The notes under the pieces: model-generated | Seen by the model: only the letters and a program-made list of their open reading frames with translations | What the model was told of the DNA's origin: nothing | Databases searched by the model: none | Assembly (NCBI GenBank): GCA_023267595.1 | Contig: JAHFNB010000002.1 | Span: 23,947-87,946 of the forward strand | Reading direction: 5' to 3' | Source: a bacterium | GTDB lineage: Bacteria > Patescibacteriota > Minisyncoccia > Phycocordibacterales > UBA5272 | Length of the DNA stretch: 64,000 bases | Position numbers and translations under genes: made by a program | Shown: piece by piece, positions 8,832 to 19,231 of the stretch | Layout: every line of letters starts with the position of its first letter | How positions within the stretch are numbered: the stretch's first letter is position 1

Positions 8832-9452
8832 TTAATGGGCAAGAGTTAAGGCTACCACATTTCTTGCACCATGTTTAAGAAGTATGTGTCTTGCTTCATC
8901 TAATGTTGCACCTGTTGTGGTTACATCATCAATAAGAATAATATTTAAGTTTTGTACAGATGCTATGACAGAAAATGATTTTTTTTGATTTTGTATACGT
9001 AGAGAGCGTGAACTGGTCTTCACTTGTCTTTTTCTGTATGAAGAACGTTTAAGTAGAGTATTATGTATTTCTAGTGAATAGAGAGTACTGATTGTTTGTG
9101 CGATAACTTCTGCTTGATTATATCCTCGTATGTATTTTCGTATACCTAGCATAGGTACTGGTACAAGTATCCATTTATTTTCTCTTATGAATTGATAATT
9201 ATTCAATTCATAGAGTAATGGTTGTACTAAGTCGCGTCTATGATAGTATTTTATTGCGTGAATAATACGTTTAACTCGTATATCTTTAAAACTATACAAA
9301 CTATGTATATATCTGTGCGGTGTATCAATAGATTTTCTCAGTGATTGTATACAAGGGGTACATAGCACATCTCCTTCTTTATGACATACATAACACGAAG
9401 GAGGAAAAAGCAAAGTAAGTAATTTGTAGAAGTGGGATACTATCGTCCACAT
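8832..9452 (-). CDS. comFC: ComF family competence protein (phosphoribosyltransferase domain)
   Basis: N-terminal Cys4 finger (CYVCHKEGDVLCTPC) plus the PRTase motif ILIDDVTTTGATL. Confidence 0.8.
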   Translation of the reverse strand: MWTIVSHFYKLLTLLFPPSCYVCHKEGDVLCTPCIQSLRKSIDTPHRYIHSLYSFKDIRVKRIIHAIKYYHRRDLVQPLLYELNNYQFIRENKWILVPVPMLGIRKYIRGYNQAEVIAQTISTLYSLEIHNTLLKRSSYRKRQVKTSSRSLRIQNQKKSFSVIASVQNLNIILIDDVTTTGATLDEARHILLKHGARNVVALTLAH

Positions 9453-9499
9453 ATCTGTAGTGTATACCCAAAATTAAGAGCCTTTACGGTGTATACTTT

Positions 9500-10573
9500 A
9501 TGTATATGTTTCCTTTCTTTAAAAAAGAAGAGATAGGACAGGCTATTGGGCTTGATATCGGATCTTCATCAATCAAGGTGGTACAACTTCGTCGTGAAAA
9601 AGAAAAAATAATTCTTGATACATATGGAGAAATTGCACTTGGTCCATATGGTGGAATGCAAGTTGGTCAGGCCGTACATCTTGGGGAAGAAAAAACAATA
9701 GAAGCAATTAACGACGTTCTTAAAGAAGCAAAAATAACTGCACGAAATGCTGTTGTTGCAATAGATCCATCAAGCGCATATGTATCTTTGGTTAAAGTTC
9801 CAAAAGTTGATGATAATGAATTAAAAACAATGATGCCACTAGAAGCACGTAAGTATATCCCTGTTCCGCTTTCAGAGGTGCAAATGGATTGGTGGCATAT
9901 CCCAACAACTATTAATATTGGTAAAGAAGAACGTATGGTAAACGTGGTACTCGCAGCAGTAAGTAATGACACTATGACGGCATATGATCGTATTATTCAA
10001 AAAGTTGGTTTCAAAAATGTTGAATATGAAATACATGGGTATAGTATTATTCGCAGTTGTTCACCGCAGACACAAGGAATGATTCTCTATGTTGATATTG
10101 GAGCACAATATACGACGCTTTCACTTGTGTACCAAAATACTGTGCTTGATATGCATGTTATCTCACGAGGTTCACAAGATAGTACAATACAACTTTCGAA
10201 AGCACTTTCAATTGCAATTGAAACTGCAGAAGATACAAAGCGAACATTTGGATATCTTGGTGACTCATCTAATTTATATATTAAAGATGTGATGCAATTA
10301 TCTAGTTATCCACTGTTTGGTGAGGTAGCACGTCTATCACTAATGTTCGAAAGAAAGTATAATCAGAATATAGAAGGAATAATTTTAAGTGGCGGTGGTG
10401 CGCGTGTTCCTGGTGTACTTGATGCGTATAATCAAACAGTACATATAGCAGGAAGAATTGCAACACCGTTTGAACAAATTGACGTCCCACCATTTCTTCA
10501 TGAAATGATAGAACGTATTGGTCCAACCTATGCGGTAGCCGTTGGTTGTGCTCTTAAAAAATTAGTTCCATAA
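9500..10573 (+). CDS. pilM: Type IV pilus assembly protein PilM (actin-like ATPase)
   Basis: GLDIGSSSIKVVQL actin-fold N-terminus, about 357 aa, first gene of the pilMNO set. Confidence 0.85.
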   Translation: MYMFPFFKKEEIGQAIGLDIGSSSIKVVQLRREKEKIILDTYGEIALGPYGGMQVGQAVHLGEEKTIEAINDVLKEAKITARNAVVAIDPSSAYVSLVKVPKVDDNELKTMMPLEARKYIPVPLSEVQMDWWHIPTTINIGKEERMVNVVLAAVSNDTMTAYDRIIQKVGFKNVEYEIHGYSIIRSCSPQTQGMILYVDIGAQYTTLSLVYQNTVLDMHVISRGSQDSTIQLSKALSIAIETAEDTKRTFGYLGDSSNLYIKDVMQLSSYPLFGEVARLSLMFERKYNQNIEGIILSGGGARVPGVLDAYNQTVHIAGRIATPFEQIDVPPFLHEMIERIGPTYAVAVGCALKKLVP

Positions 10574-10582
10574 ACCCAATTC

Positions 10583-11347
10583 ATGCCGTTTTCATTTAAA
10601 CCAACAGAAGCAATACAAGCAGAGACGCAAGCCTCTACGCCTCTAAGTGTTGATGGCATCTCTGCTCCTGCTTCATCTTCTGTAACACCATTTTCTACTC
10701 GTTTTTCTTTGGAAGGAAGGGGGATTCTTCAAATAGGTTTGTTTGCTATTTTTGGTTTTGCTATGTTGGTTACTATTATTCTTTTCGGATATAATTATTA
10801 TTTGACTTCACAAATAGAGAATAAAAAAGTACAACTCGCAGCATATGATAAAGAGTTTAGTACATTATCACTTGGTGATATGCAAGCATTATCAAGTCGT
10901 ATAAAAGTTATTGGGAATCTTGTACGAGAACATCCATCAGTTCGTGTTGCATTTCGTATTCTTGAAGAATCTGTAGAGAACCCTGTTATCTATAAAAGTT
11001 TCGATTTACATTTTTCTGACACACTTCGATCGTATGAGTTAGTATTGGCAGCATCTGCACCAGATTATCATTCTGTTGTTGACCAAATGGATACGTTCAA
11101 ACGAAAACCATTTGTGGGCTATATTCGTAGTATTACTCTTAGTGGTTTACGTCCAGACACATCAGGAAAAGTTAATTTTAACTTGAAGATGCCTATTGCG
11201 ATAACAGGCATGCTTCCAGAAGGTCTTACATTTCAAGATGTACCAGAGAATATACCAAATAGTACTGTGAGTACTTCTTCTCAGGCAACGAGCACTTCAT
11301 CACAAGCAACAAGTACAAATAAAATTGTTGTTCCATCAAAACCATAA
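10583..11347 (+). CDS. pilN: PilN-like type IV pilus assembly protein (single TM)
   Basis: One N-proximal TM segment (ILQIGLFAIFGFAMLVTIILFGY), position after pilM, Ser/Thr-rich C-terminus. Confidence 0.55.
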   Translation: MPFSFKPTEAIQAETQASTPLSVDGISAPASSSVTPFSTRFSLEGRGILQIGLFAIFGFAMLVTIILFGYNYYLTSQIENKKVQLAAYDKEFSTLSLGDMQALSSRIKVIGNLVREHPSVRVAFRILEESVENPVIYKSFDLHFSDTLRSYELVLAASAPDYHSVVDQMDTFKRKPFVGYIRSITLSGLRPDTSGKVNFNLKMPIAITGMLPEGLTFQDVPENIPNSTVSTSSQATSTSSQATSTNKIVVPSKP

Positions 11348-11906
11348 ATCTATGTCAAAAAATCTTCTTAACATACTTCTTGCGGTTGCATCCTTTGCAC
11401 TCTATTATATAATTATTAATCCTCTCTATACAGGAAGAGGTTCTGTATGGCAACCACAGTATGGTCTTACAACATTGCGTAGTACAAATACTCAGTATGA
11501 TGATACATTACAACAAGCAGAGAGTCTTCTTCAGGATGCAAAGCAGTTAAGTGCAAAGTATAAGTCAATTTCACAAGAGACGAAAGATACCATGAAGGTT
11601 ATGGTGCCTAATCAGGCAGATATGGACCCTGTAAGACTTGTTAGTGAAGTTGATTCTATTGCTGCTCGAACTGGGTTATCAATTAGTGATTTGAATTATT
11701 CTGAAGGGCAAGTCATTGGTAATCGTGGTGTATATACTATTTCTTTTACTGTAAAAACGACGTATACAAAGTTTAAAGAACTTATGCGTAATTTTGAAAC
11801 TTCTTTACGTCTTTTTACAATACAAAGTGTTCAGTTCTCTGTTCCTGAGACTGATGGAAATCTTATTGTATTTCAAGTTAAAATGGATACATACTATATA
11901 AAATAA
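11325..11906 (+). CDS. pilO: PilO-like type IV pilus assembly protein
   Basis: N-terminal TM segment (LLNILLAVASFALYYIII), then a coiled-coil-like region; position pilM-N-O. Confidence 0.5.
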   Translation: MLFHQNHKSMSKNLLNILLAVASFALYYIIINPLYTGRGSVWQPQYGLTTLRSTNTQYDDTLQQAESLLQDAKQLSAKYKSISQETKDTMKVMVPNQADMDPVRLVSEVDSIAARTGLSISDLNYSEGQVIGNRGVYTISFTVKTTYTKFKELMRNFETSLRLFTIQSVQFSVPETDGNLIVFQVKMDTYYIK

Positions 11907-11909
11907 TTT

Positions 11910-12248
11910 ATGCAATTACCCTCATCATTTCTTCAAAAGAAAACACTCATTATGGAAATAGGTATTCTTGTTGTATTTTTGATTGGTATGTATTATCTCT
12001 ATACAATGTTTAGTGAACCAGATACAACTACAACATCATCACAAGCAAGCGAACAACTACTTGGTCAGAACCTAACTCTTTTCTTAAAAGCAGTACGTAA
12101 TGATAAATTATCATTTGATACATCATCATTTATGAATCAACCACTGATTGAGCAATTGCAAGATTTCTCTGAAACAATTATCCCTGCGTCATCACGTGGA
12201 CGTGACGATCCATTTGCACCTTATGCTTTTACTCGACCTCTTCGTTAG
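11910..12248 (+). CDS. Small membrane protein (possible PilP-like)
   Basis: N-terminal TM segment (IGILVVFLIGMYYLY); positional inference only. Confidence 0.35.
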   Translation: MQLPSSFLQKKTLIMEIGILVVFLIGMYYLYTMFSEPDTTTTSSQASEQLLGQNLTLFLKAVRNDKLSFDTSSFMNQPLIEQLQDFSETIIPASSRGRDDPFAPYAFTRPLR

Positions 12249-13971
12249 TCAAAATAAGTTAACAGAATTAGAAGCAAAAGACATTGAGTCTGATCTTTCT
12301 CTTCGTGATGATTTACTTGTCGATACTGCACTTGCTGCGAAAAAAATTACTCCTGAAGAAATTACTGAGGTGCGCAGTGTTCTCTACGGTCTTCCTATTT
12401 ATAAAGATGAGATTCCTGAAGGAAAAGAACTCACAAAATATATTAGTGTCGTACAATCAAAGCAATTACTTGCGGTGCCACTAGAATTAAAAGAAGGAGT
12501 ATTATCTGTTGGTGTTGTTGACCCAGAACATGCAAATGTGCTTGATAGTTTACAGTTTTTATTTGGTACTGATCATCAGGCATACAAAGTATATTTGATA
12601 ACGTACGATGCCTACAGAAAACATTTTGGACTAGCAACAGAAGTTCCTGATGAAAAAGCATCACTTACTACCAAAGTTGATGATACTGTCCTTTCTTATA
12701 TTTCAAAAGATGAAACAGGAGAAAAAGATGCACAAGGATTAAATGAAGAAATGGATTTATCTAATGTAACAGGACTTCTTGATGAAGGATTAGCAAAGTT
12801 ACCTATTCCAGATATTTTTAGTACGATACTTCGTTATGCAATTGATAATGGAGCCAGTGATATACATATTGAACATATTGGTACTGCAGTACGTGCGCGT
12901 GTCAGAATGGATGGACAATTAGAAACAATTACGACACTTCCGATGAAGATGCATCCAATGCTTGTCGCACGTATCAAGATTTTATGTTCTATAAAATTAG
13001 ATGAAAAGAGAAAGCCTCAAGATGGACGATTTAGTACCAAATTTGGTGATCATACTATCGACTACCGTGTATCAACGTTTCCTGGGTATTATGGAGAAAA
13101 GGTGGTGCTCCGTATTTTGGATAGTTATAAGGGAGTACGACCAATTGATACGCTTGGATTTGGTGAGCAACAAATGAAAGAAATTCGTGATGCACTCGCA
13201 AGGCCATATGGAATGATCCTTATTTGTGGGCCTACAGGAAGTGGAAAGACCACGACGTTGTATTCAATGTTAAATGAAATAGACCGTGAACACAGAAATG
13301 TAGTGTCTCTTGAAGATCCAATAGAATACAATGTACCGTCAATGAATCAATCACAAGTATTCCCAGAGATTGGCTATACGTTTGCTTCAGGACTGCGTTC
13401 AATACTACGTCAAGATCCTGATGTTATTATGGTTGGAGAAATTCGTGATGCAGAAACTGCGCAACTTGCAATTCAAGCCGCACTCACAGGACACTTAGTA
13501 TTTTCAACAATTCACACGAATACGGCAATAGGAGTTGTTACACGTTTACTTGATATGGGTATAGAGCCGTACCTTATTGCACCTACAATTATTGCAACGA
13601 TTGGACAACGTCTTGCACGACAAATTGCAGAAGGATGTGCAGAAACTGTACAAATGACTACAGGTCTTACTGAAATAGTGCAAGAATCATTTAAAGATTT
13701 ACCCGATGAATTCAAAAAGAATCTTCCATTGGATAAACCACTTCATGAAGCAAAAGGAAATGCACAATTTGCAAATGGCATGAAAGGACGAGTTCCAGTA
13801 TTTGAAGTTCTTACGTTTACACAACCAATTGAAGAAGCAGTACTTCATAGTAAAGGTGAAGAAGAGATTTGGAAATTAGCACGTGCAAATGGCATGATTA
13901 CCATGAAAGAAGATGCAATTATTAAATGCATTAATGGCCTTATTCCGTTTGTCGAAATTAATGAACTTTAA
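12223..13971 (+). CDS. pilB: Type IV pilus assembly ATPase PilB (GspE family)
   Basis: GspE N-terminal domain, Walker A GPTGSGKTT, Asp/His boxes and C-terminal Cys-containing region. The ORF track starts at 12148, which overlaps the upstream gene, so the ATG at 12223 is preferred; the start remains uncertain. Confidence 0.9.
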   Translation: MLLLDLFVSQNKLTELEAKDIESDLSLRDDLLVDTALAAKKITPEEITEVRSVLYGLPIYKDEIPEGKELTKYISVVQSKQLLAVPLELKEGVLSVGVVDPEHANVLDSLQFLFGTDHQAYKVYLITYDAYRKHFGLATEVPDEKASLTTKVDDTVLSYISKDETGEKDAQGLNEEMDLSNVTGLLDEGLAKLPIPDIFSTILRYAIDNGASDIHIEHIGTAVRARVRMDGQLETITTLPMKMHPMLVARIKILCSIKLDEKRKPQDGRFSTKFGDHTIDYRVSTFPGYYGEKVVLRILDSYKGVRPIDTLGFGEQQMKEIRDALARPYGMILICGPTGSGKTTTLYSMLNEIDREHRNVVSLEDPIEYNVPSMNQSQVFPEIGYTFASGLRSILRQDPDVIMVGEIRDAETAQLAIQAALTGHLVFSTIHTNTAIGVVTRLLDMGIEPYLIAPTIIATIGQRLARQIAEGCAETVQMTTGLTEIVQESFKDLPDEFKKNLPLDKPLHEAKGNAQFANGMKGRVPVFEVLTFTQPIEEAVLHSKGEEEIWKLARANGMITMKEDAIIKCINGLIPFVEINEL

Positions 13972-14013
13972 AACAAAGAAATTGAATGATTACTAGTGAC
14001 TTAGAAAAAATAT

Positions 14014-14042
14014 TGACTTTTATATAAATATGTGCTATTATT
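14014..14042 (+). promoter_or_regulatory. Sigma70-like promoter (TTGACT-17 nt-tgcTATTAT) for the orphan 14092 gene
   Basis: aTTGACTtttatataaatatgtgcTATTATtt, with a strong SD aggaagga 8 nt before the ATG at 14092. Confidence 0.35.
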
Positions 14043-14091
14043 TATATAAATAAAAGTTCTTTTATAACTCCTTACAGGAAGGATAATAGAC

Positions 14092-14574
14092 ATGGAAAAC
14101 AATGGAACTATTGGAGTCCTTAAGGTCAGAAGAAGAAGACTCATCATCCCTGCGTGTGACGGTACTCGCGTTTTTTCAGAAATGAGAAAAGAGTATGGTG
14201 AAATCTATTTTGTAGACCAGCAAACCGTACAAAAAAACCATGTAACAAAAAAAGTCATAGTGGATGTTTACAAGTCGGTGTGTGATGCAACGTTTGTGCA
14301 GATGCTCGCCCCTTTTGGAAATGATCTCGATAGATTTTGCTTGACTCAACATCAGATTGACTTTTTTTTCAGGCGTCACTACTATACCTGCTCCTTTTTC
14401 AAAGCACCGTACGGAATCTTTTTCCTTCTCAAGGAAAAAGATCAGTATGTCCTCGCAAATATACGCTTACACACATTTCATTATTTGTCTGGGCTGATAT
14501 TTCCCCTTGATCACCCTTTCATTTGGCTTGCTGAGCATAACCCTCTTTTAGTTTTACCACAACAAGTGGTTTGA
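14092..14574 (+). CDS. Hypothetical protein (orphan insertion between pilB and pilT)
   Basis: 160-aa ORF with its own promoter, SD and downstream terminator; no recognisable domain. Confidence 0.4.
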   Translation: MENNGTIGVLKVRRRRLIIPACDGTRVFSEMRKEYGEIYFVDQQTVQKNHVTKKVIVDVYKSVCDATFVQMLAPFGNDLDRFCLTQHQIDFFFRRHYYTCSFFKAPYGIFFLLKEKDQYVLANIRLHTFHYLSGLIFPLDHPFIWLAEHNPLLVLPQQVV

Positions 14575-14604
14575 TTTTATGGTCAAATGATTTCTAGATA
14601 TTTA

Positions 14605-14638
14605 GTACCTCTGACCAATTTGGTCCGAGGTACTTTTT
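14605..14638 (+). terminator. Rho-independent terminator (gtacctctgacca-att-tggtccgaggtac + ttttt)
   Basis: 12-bp imperfect stem plus T-run directly after the 14092-14574 ORF. Confidence 0.5.
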
Positions 14639-14798
14639 CATGACGGCAGAAATGAAAAGTAGAATAGTTAAATTATAGAAAAATCTAACTTATAAAATCT
14701 GTGTCATATTTTTCTATTAACTGAAGTTATTGTCTGTAAACTATCTTAATTGTGGGTTGTTCAATTGTTTTCCATAACTTGCTTGTTATACTGATATC

Positions 14799-15857
14799 AT
14801 GAACTACGAGACAGAACTTGATGACCTCATCATGACACTTGTGAAAGAGGCAGGATCAGATCTTCATTTAACATCAGGATCATTCCCAACACTTCGTGTT
14901 AGTCGTGATCTCATTCCTCTTACGCGTAAAAAAGAATTGACAGGAGAAGATACGCTCGGATTTTTACGTGTTATGGTTGGGGAAAAGACACTTACAAATT
15001 TTGTAGTAAGTCAGGAGTTAGATTTTTCATATGAACATAAAAAAGAATACCGTCTTCGAGGAAATGCATCATTTCAACGAGGATTTATTTCTGTAGCCCT
15101 TCGTCTCATTCCAAAAGTTCATGCAATAGCAGAACTTAATCTTCCAGAGCAAATCGTAGCAATTGCACGTGAAAGACAAGGTTTTTTCCTTGTTGTTGGT
15201 CCTGTTGGACAAGGAAAATCTACAACACTTGCATCAATGATTGGGCTTATTAACAGTGAAGCAAAGCGTCACATTGTTACCATTGAAGATCCAATTGAAT
15301 TTCGTTTTGATCAAGATAAATCACTCATTGAACAACGTGAAGTCGGTGTTGATACCAAAGATTTTAATACTGCACTTAATCATGTTTTTCGTCAGGACGC
15401 AGATGTGATTATGATTGGAGAAATGCGTGATAAAGAAACCATTTCTGCCGCAGTCACTGCTGCAGAAACAGGTCACCTTGTTTTCTCTACAATTCATGCA
15501 AACTCTGCCGCACAAACAGTAGATCGTATTATAGATAGTTTCCCTGCAGATCAACAAGATCAGATTCGTCTTCAACTCGCATCATCTCTTATTGGTATTT
15601 TGTCCCAACGTCTTGTTCCTCGTGTGTCTGGTGGACTTATTCCTGCATTTGAACTTCTCTTAAATACTCCTGCAGTATCAAATCTTATACGTGAACGTCG
15701 TACGCATGAAATTGATGTGATTATTGAGACTGGTTCACAAGATGGTATGATAGATCTTGATAGAAATCTTGCAGAATTGGTACGTAAAGGAGAAGTTACT
15801 AAAGATGATGCACGTTCATTTGCACGCCGCCAAAATATATTTGATCGTCTTATCTAA
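14799..15857 (+). CDS. pilT: Twitching-motility ATPase PilT
   Basis: 352 aa, Walker A GPVGQGKSTT, Asp box, His box TIHANSAAQT, PilT-length retraction ATPase. Confidence 0.9.
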   Translation: MNYETELDDLIMTLVKEAGSDLHLTSGSFPTLRVSRDLIPLTRKKELTGEDTLGFLRVMVGEKTLTNFVVSQELDFSYEHKKEYRLRGNASFQRGFISVALRLIPKVHAIAELNLPEQIVAIARERQGFFLVVGPVGQGKSTTLASMIGLINSEAKRHIVTIEDPIEFRFDQDKSLIEQREVGVDTKDFNTALNHVFRQDADVIMIGEMRDKETISAAVTAAETGHLVFSTIHANSAAQTVDRIIDSFPADQQDQIRLQLASSLIGILSQRLVPRVSGGLIPAFELLLNTPAVSNLIRERRTHEIDVIIETGSQDGMIDLDRNLAELVRKGEVTKDDARSFARRQNIFDRLI

Positions 15858-15866
15858 TTTACGTTT

Positions 15867-17084
15867 ATGCTTTTTCACTATACCGCGATACAAGGAGATG
15901 GAACGAAAATAGAAGCAGACGTTGATAGTTATTCTTTGGATACGGCGATAGATTTACTACAAAAAAGAGGACTCAGTATTGTTGATATCAAAGAAAAAAC
16001 TGAAACGACACAATTACAACTTTTTACAGGATTTTCTTTATTTAAACCAAAGGTAAAATCAAAAGACGTCGTTATCTTTTCTCGTCAGGTAGCAACACTA
16101 TTTGAAGCAGGAGTTTCTGCACTTAAAGCATTTCGACTTCTTGCATCAGAAAACGAAAGTAAAGCATTACAAATAGAATTGACACATGTAGCAGATGATA
16201 TAGAAGCCGGAGTTTCTCTCTCAGATGCACTCGGTAGACGTCCAGAACTTTTCTCTACTTTTTATGTAAATATGGTAAAAGCAGGAGAAGAAAGTGGAAA
16301 ATTAAATGAAACCTTTTTATTTTTGGCAGATTACTTGGATCGTGATTATGAATTACATCAAAAAGTAAAAAAAGCCCTCACGTATCCAACATTCGTTGTG
16401 GGAACATTTATTGCCATTATGATTGGAATGTTCACCTTTGTGATTCCAAAAATGGCTGCTCTTTTTGCCGATAATGATGCAACACTTCCTCTTGTTACAA
16501 GAATAGTGCTGGGTATTTCTGATATCTTTGTAAAATATGGACCAATCACTTTTCCTTTACTTGTGGTAGCAGGTTGGTTTTTCTATAGATGGTCAAAAAC
16601 AGAGATGGGGACTCGTAAAATTGATGAGTTAAAGACAAAGACACCAGTTCTTAGAACTCTCTATCAAAGAATATTTCTAACGCGCTTAGCAGATAACATG
16701 AATACTATGCTTACAAGTGGAGTACCTATTGTAAAATCTATTGATATTACTGCTGCCGTTGTTGACAATGTTGTTTTTAAAGATCTCCTTAATCGTGTAT
16801 CACAAAAAGTGCAAGGTGGTACTGCTTTTTCAAAGGCACTATACGAAGAGCCGTTAGTCCCAAATATTCTCATTCAAATGGTACATATTGGTGAAGAGAC
16901 AGGAGAAATAGGGTATATTTTAAAGACACTTGCTACATTTTATAAGCGAGAACTAGATACAAGTATTGATAATGTTATTGGTCTTATTGAGCCTGCGATG
17001 ATTGTAGGCTTGGGTATTGCGGTTGGTATCCTTGTGTCGTCTGTACTTTTGCCTATGTATACACTTTCTTCTGCTATAAGTTAA
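15867..17084 (+). CDS. pilC: Type IV pilus platform protein PilC (GspF family)
   Basis: 405 aa polytopic membrane protein with duplicated GspF domains (two hydrophobic blocks). Confidence 0.85.
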   Translation: MLFHYTAIQGDGTKIEADVDSYSLDTAIDLLQKRGLSIVDIKEKTETTQLQLFTGFSLFKPKVKSKDVVIFSRQVATLFEAGVSALKAFRLLASENESKALQIELTHVADDIEAGVSLSDALGRRPELFSTFYVNMVKAGEESGKLNETFLFLADYLDRDYELHQKVKKALTYPTFVVGTFIAIMIGMFTFVIPKMAALFADNDATLPLVTRIVLGISDIFVKYGPITFPLLVVAGWFFYRWSKTEMGTRKIDELKTKTPVLRTLYQRIFLTRLADNMNTMLTSGVPIVKSIDITAAVVDNVVFKDLLNRVSQKVQGGTAFSKALYEEPLVPNILIQMVHIGEETGEIGYILKTLATFYKRELDTSIDNVIGLIEPAMIVGLGIAVGILVSSVLLPMYTLSSAIS

Positions 17085-17161
17085 TCTTATCCCCATATTC
17101 CCTTGTAGACCATCCCTCTTAGGATTATACTTACTTACATCTACTAAAAGATAGAAAAATT

Positions 17162-17773
17162 ATGTCACACACATTTATGAAAAAAGGTTTACGTGGGTTT
17201 ACGCTTATTGAACTTTTGGTGGTTATTGCAATCATAGGATTACTATCAACTGTAATTGCGGCACCTATTCAAAATGCACGAAAGAAAGCAAAAGATGCAA
17301 AGAAAATGGCAGAATTGAAAGCCGTACAGTCAGGACTTGATCAATATGCAGAAGCAAATGGTCAATATCCTGCAACATTAGGGGCACTTGTTCCTCAATA
17401 TATGCCTCGCTTACCTACTTTTGCATCTAGTAGTGCTGCAATTCGTGATCGATTCGCATATGTAGTCTATACAGGTACACCAACAAATGGTTCAGCAACA
17501 CGGTTCGGGTATCACTTAGGCGTTCATCTTGATGTGTTTGCAGAACCACTTAACAATGATGATGACTGTACAGGTTCTACAGTAGGGACATCTATTACTC
17601 CTCCTGCTTGTGTATGGTATAACTCTGGTGCTGCAATAACTGCTAGTTATCCAGATTGGGTAAGTGGAATGACAGGGACAGCAACTAATGCGGACTTTGA
17701 TGGAAGTGAAGCAGGGGATACAACATGTACCAACTCTACACAATGTGTATTTGATATAGCAGGCCAATACTAA
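17162..17773 (+). CDS. pilA: Type IV pilin (prepilin, probable major subunit)
   Basis: Class III signal KKGLRG|FTLIELLVVIAIIGLL with N-methylation site and E+5. Confidence 0.75.
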   Translation: MSHTFMKKGLRGFTLIELLVVIAIIGLLSTVIAAPIQNARKKAKDAKKMAELKAVQSGLDQYAEANGQYPATLGALVPQYMPRLPTFASSSAAIRDRFAYVVYTGTPTNGSATRFGYHLGVHLDVFAEPLNNDDDCTGSTVGTSITPPACVWYNSGAAITASYPDWVSGMTGTATNADFDGSEAGDTTCTNSTQCVFDIAGQY

Positions 17774-17785
17774 GGTTTTCTACTT

Positions 17786-18559
17786 GTGTTTTACGTTCTA
17801 TCTTTTCTCTTTGGTGCATCAATTGGAAGTTTTGTTCTTGTGATTGCGACACGACTTAACGTTGCACCTATACTGAAATCACGAAGTAAGTGCCTCTCAT
17901 GCGGAGAGGCACTTCGTGTATATGATCTGATTCCATTTTTCTCGTATATCTTTTTACGAGGTAAATGTCGTTATTGTTCATCACCATTTGGATTCACATC
18001 ATTAAGTATTGAAATAGTGTACGGTGTACTATACGTAGCCTTGTACCATTTTTTCCTCTTAGGAGAACATAGTCAGATAGGTATAGTGTTTTGGCTTCTT
18101 TATTATTCATTACTTTTTATCGTTATGGGAGTGATTGCACTGTATGATCTGAAACATACATATTTACCAGTGCCTTATTTATTAGGATATTGTGTGTTGA
18201 CCTTAGGTATGCTTTCTATACGGTACATGCAAAATGGAACAGGATTTACATTACTTGCTCCAGTTGTTGTTGCTCTTCCTTTTATGCTTCTTTGGCTTGT
18301 ATCACGGGGTAAATGGCTTGGATTCGGTGACGTTATCCTTTTCTTAGGAGTTGGCGCATTCTTCGGTATTGAACAAGGCTTTGCAGTGCTTTTACTTTCT
18401 GTATGGATGGGAGCACTTGTCGGTGTTGTTGAATATTTCGTTTATCAGAAAAATCTTAAAAGTAGAGCACTTCCGTTTGTACCATTTATTATTATTTCGT
18501 TTATTATTGTTTTGTTCACAGACATAGACATCTTTTCCATCGCGTCATTGTTTGCTTAG
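17786..18559 (+). CDS. pilD: Prepilin peptidase PilD (A24 family)
   Basis: N-terminal CxxC...CxxC zinc motif (CLSCGE...CRYC) and polytopic A24 peptidase membrane domain. Confidence 0.85.
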   Translation: MFYVLSFLFGASIGSFVLVIATRLNVAPILKSRSKCLSCGEALRVYDLIPFFSYIFLRGKCRYCSSPFGFTSLSIEIVYGVLYVALYHFFLLGEHSQIGIVFWLLYYSLLFIVMGVIALYDLKHTYLPVPYLLGYCVLTLGMLSIRYMQNGTGFTLLAPVVVALPFMLLWLVSRGKWLGFGDVILFLGVGAFFGIEQGFAVLLLSVWMGALVGVVEYFVYQKNLKSRALPFVPFIIISFIIVLFTDIDIFSIASLFA

Positions 18560-18574
18560 TGGTACTATTATCAT

Positions 18575-19231
18575 ATGGATTTCTCTCTTAAGTACCCGAA
18601 AGTGCGAGGATTTACGTTTATAGAATTACTTGTATCTCTTGCAATTATGGGGCTTATGATGACAATACTTTTATATCGCTATCCTGATACTGTAGTTCGT
18701 TTATCTCTTGCAAATGTTAGCCATACAACATCTCTTTTAATTCGAGAAGCACAGGTGCGTGGAAGTGCTATTGATTCAGTTAATAGTTCATTAGGAGGAT
18801 ATGGAGTGCGTGCATCACTTGCAACGCCAAGTAAACTAACATTGTTTGGTGATCTCATTGATATTAATGTTCCAAAACCATATGGTGTATATATAGGAGA
18901 TGGTTTATACGAAACATCTCCAATTGATGAAACAAAAAGTGAAACTAGGTTTCCAACAGGATATTCTTTTTCAAAATTATGTGTGATACCAACAGGTCAA
19001 ACAACATTTGTGTGTAATAGTAATTATTCTCCAAGTATTCAAACACTTACTGTATCATTCGTTCGTCCAAACCCTCAACCTTATATTTATATTAATGATT
19101 CAAAGGTAACTAATTTTACTGCAGGGTGTATAGAACTTATTTCGTATAAGGCTCCGTTAGTTGGACATGTACGTTCGGTACAAGTTTTTAACTCAGGGAT
19201 GATACGAACATATACAAGTGGATGTAATTAA
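18575..19231 (+). CDS. Minor pilin / pseudopilin
   Basis: Prepilin signal RGFTFIELLVSLAIMGLMMTIL. Confidence 0.6.
   Translation: MDFSLKYPKVRGFTFIELLVSLAIMGLMMTILLYRYPDTVVRLSLANVSHTTSLLIREAQVRGSAIDSVNSSLGGYGVRASLATPSKLTLFGDLIDINVPKPYGVYIGDGLYETSPIDETKSETRFPTGYSFSKLCVIPTGQTTFVCNSNYSPSIQTLTVSFVRPNPQPYIYINDSKVTNFTAGCIELISYKAPLVGHVRSVQVFNSGMIRTYTSGCN

Noticed and set aside
12148-12222. N-terminal 25-aa extension of the pilB ORF (MSNCKISLKQ...)
   Set aside because: It overlaps the upstream gene by 100 nt in another frame. The GspE N-domain begins after the internal Met at 12223
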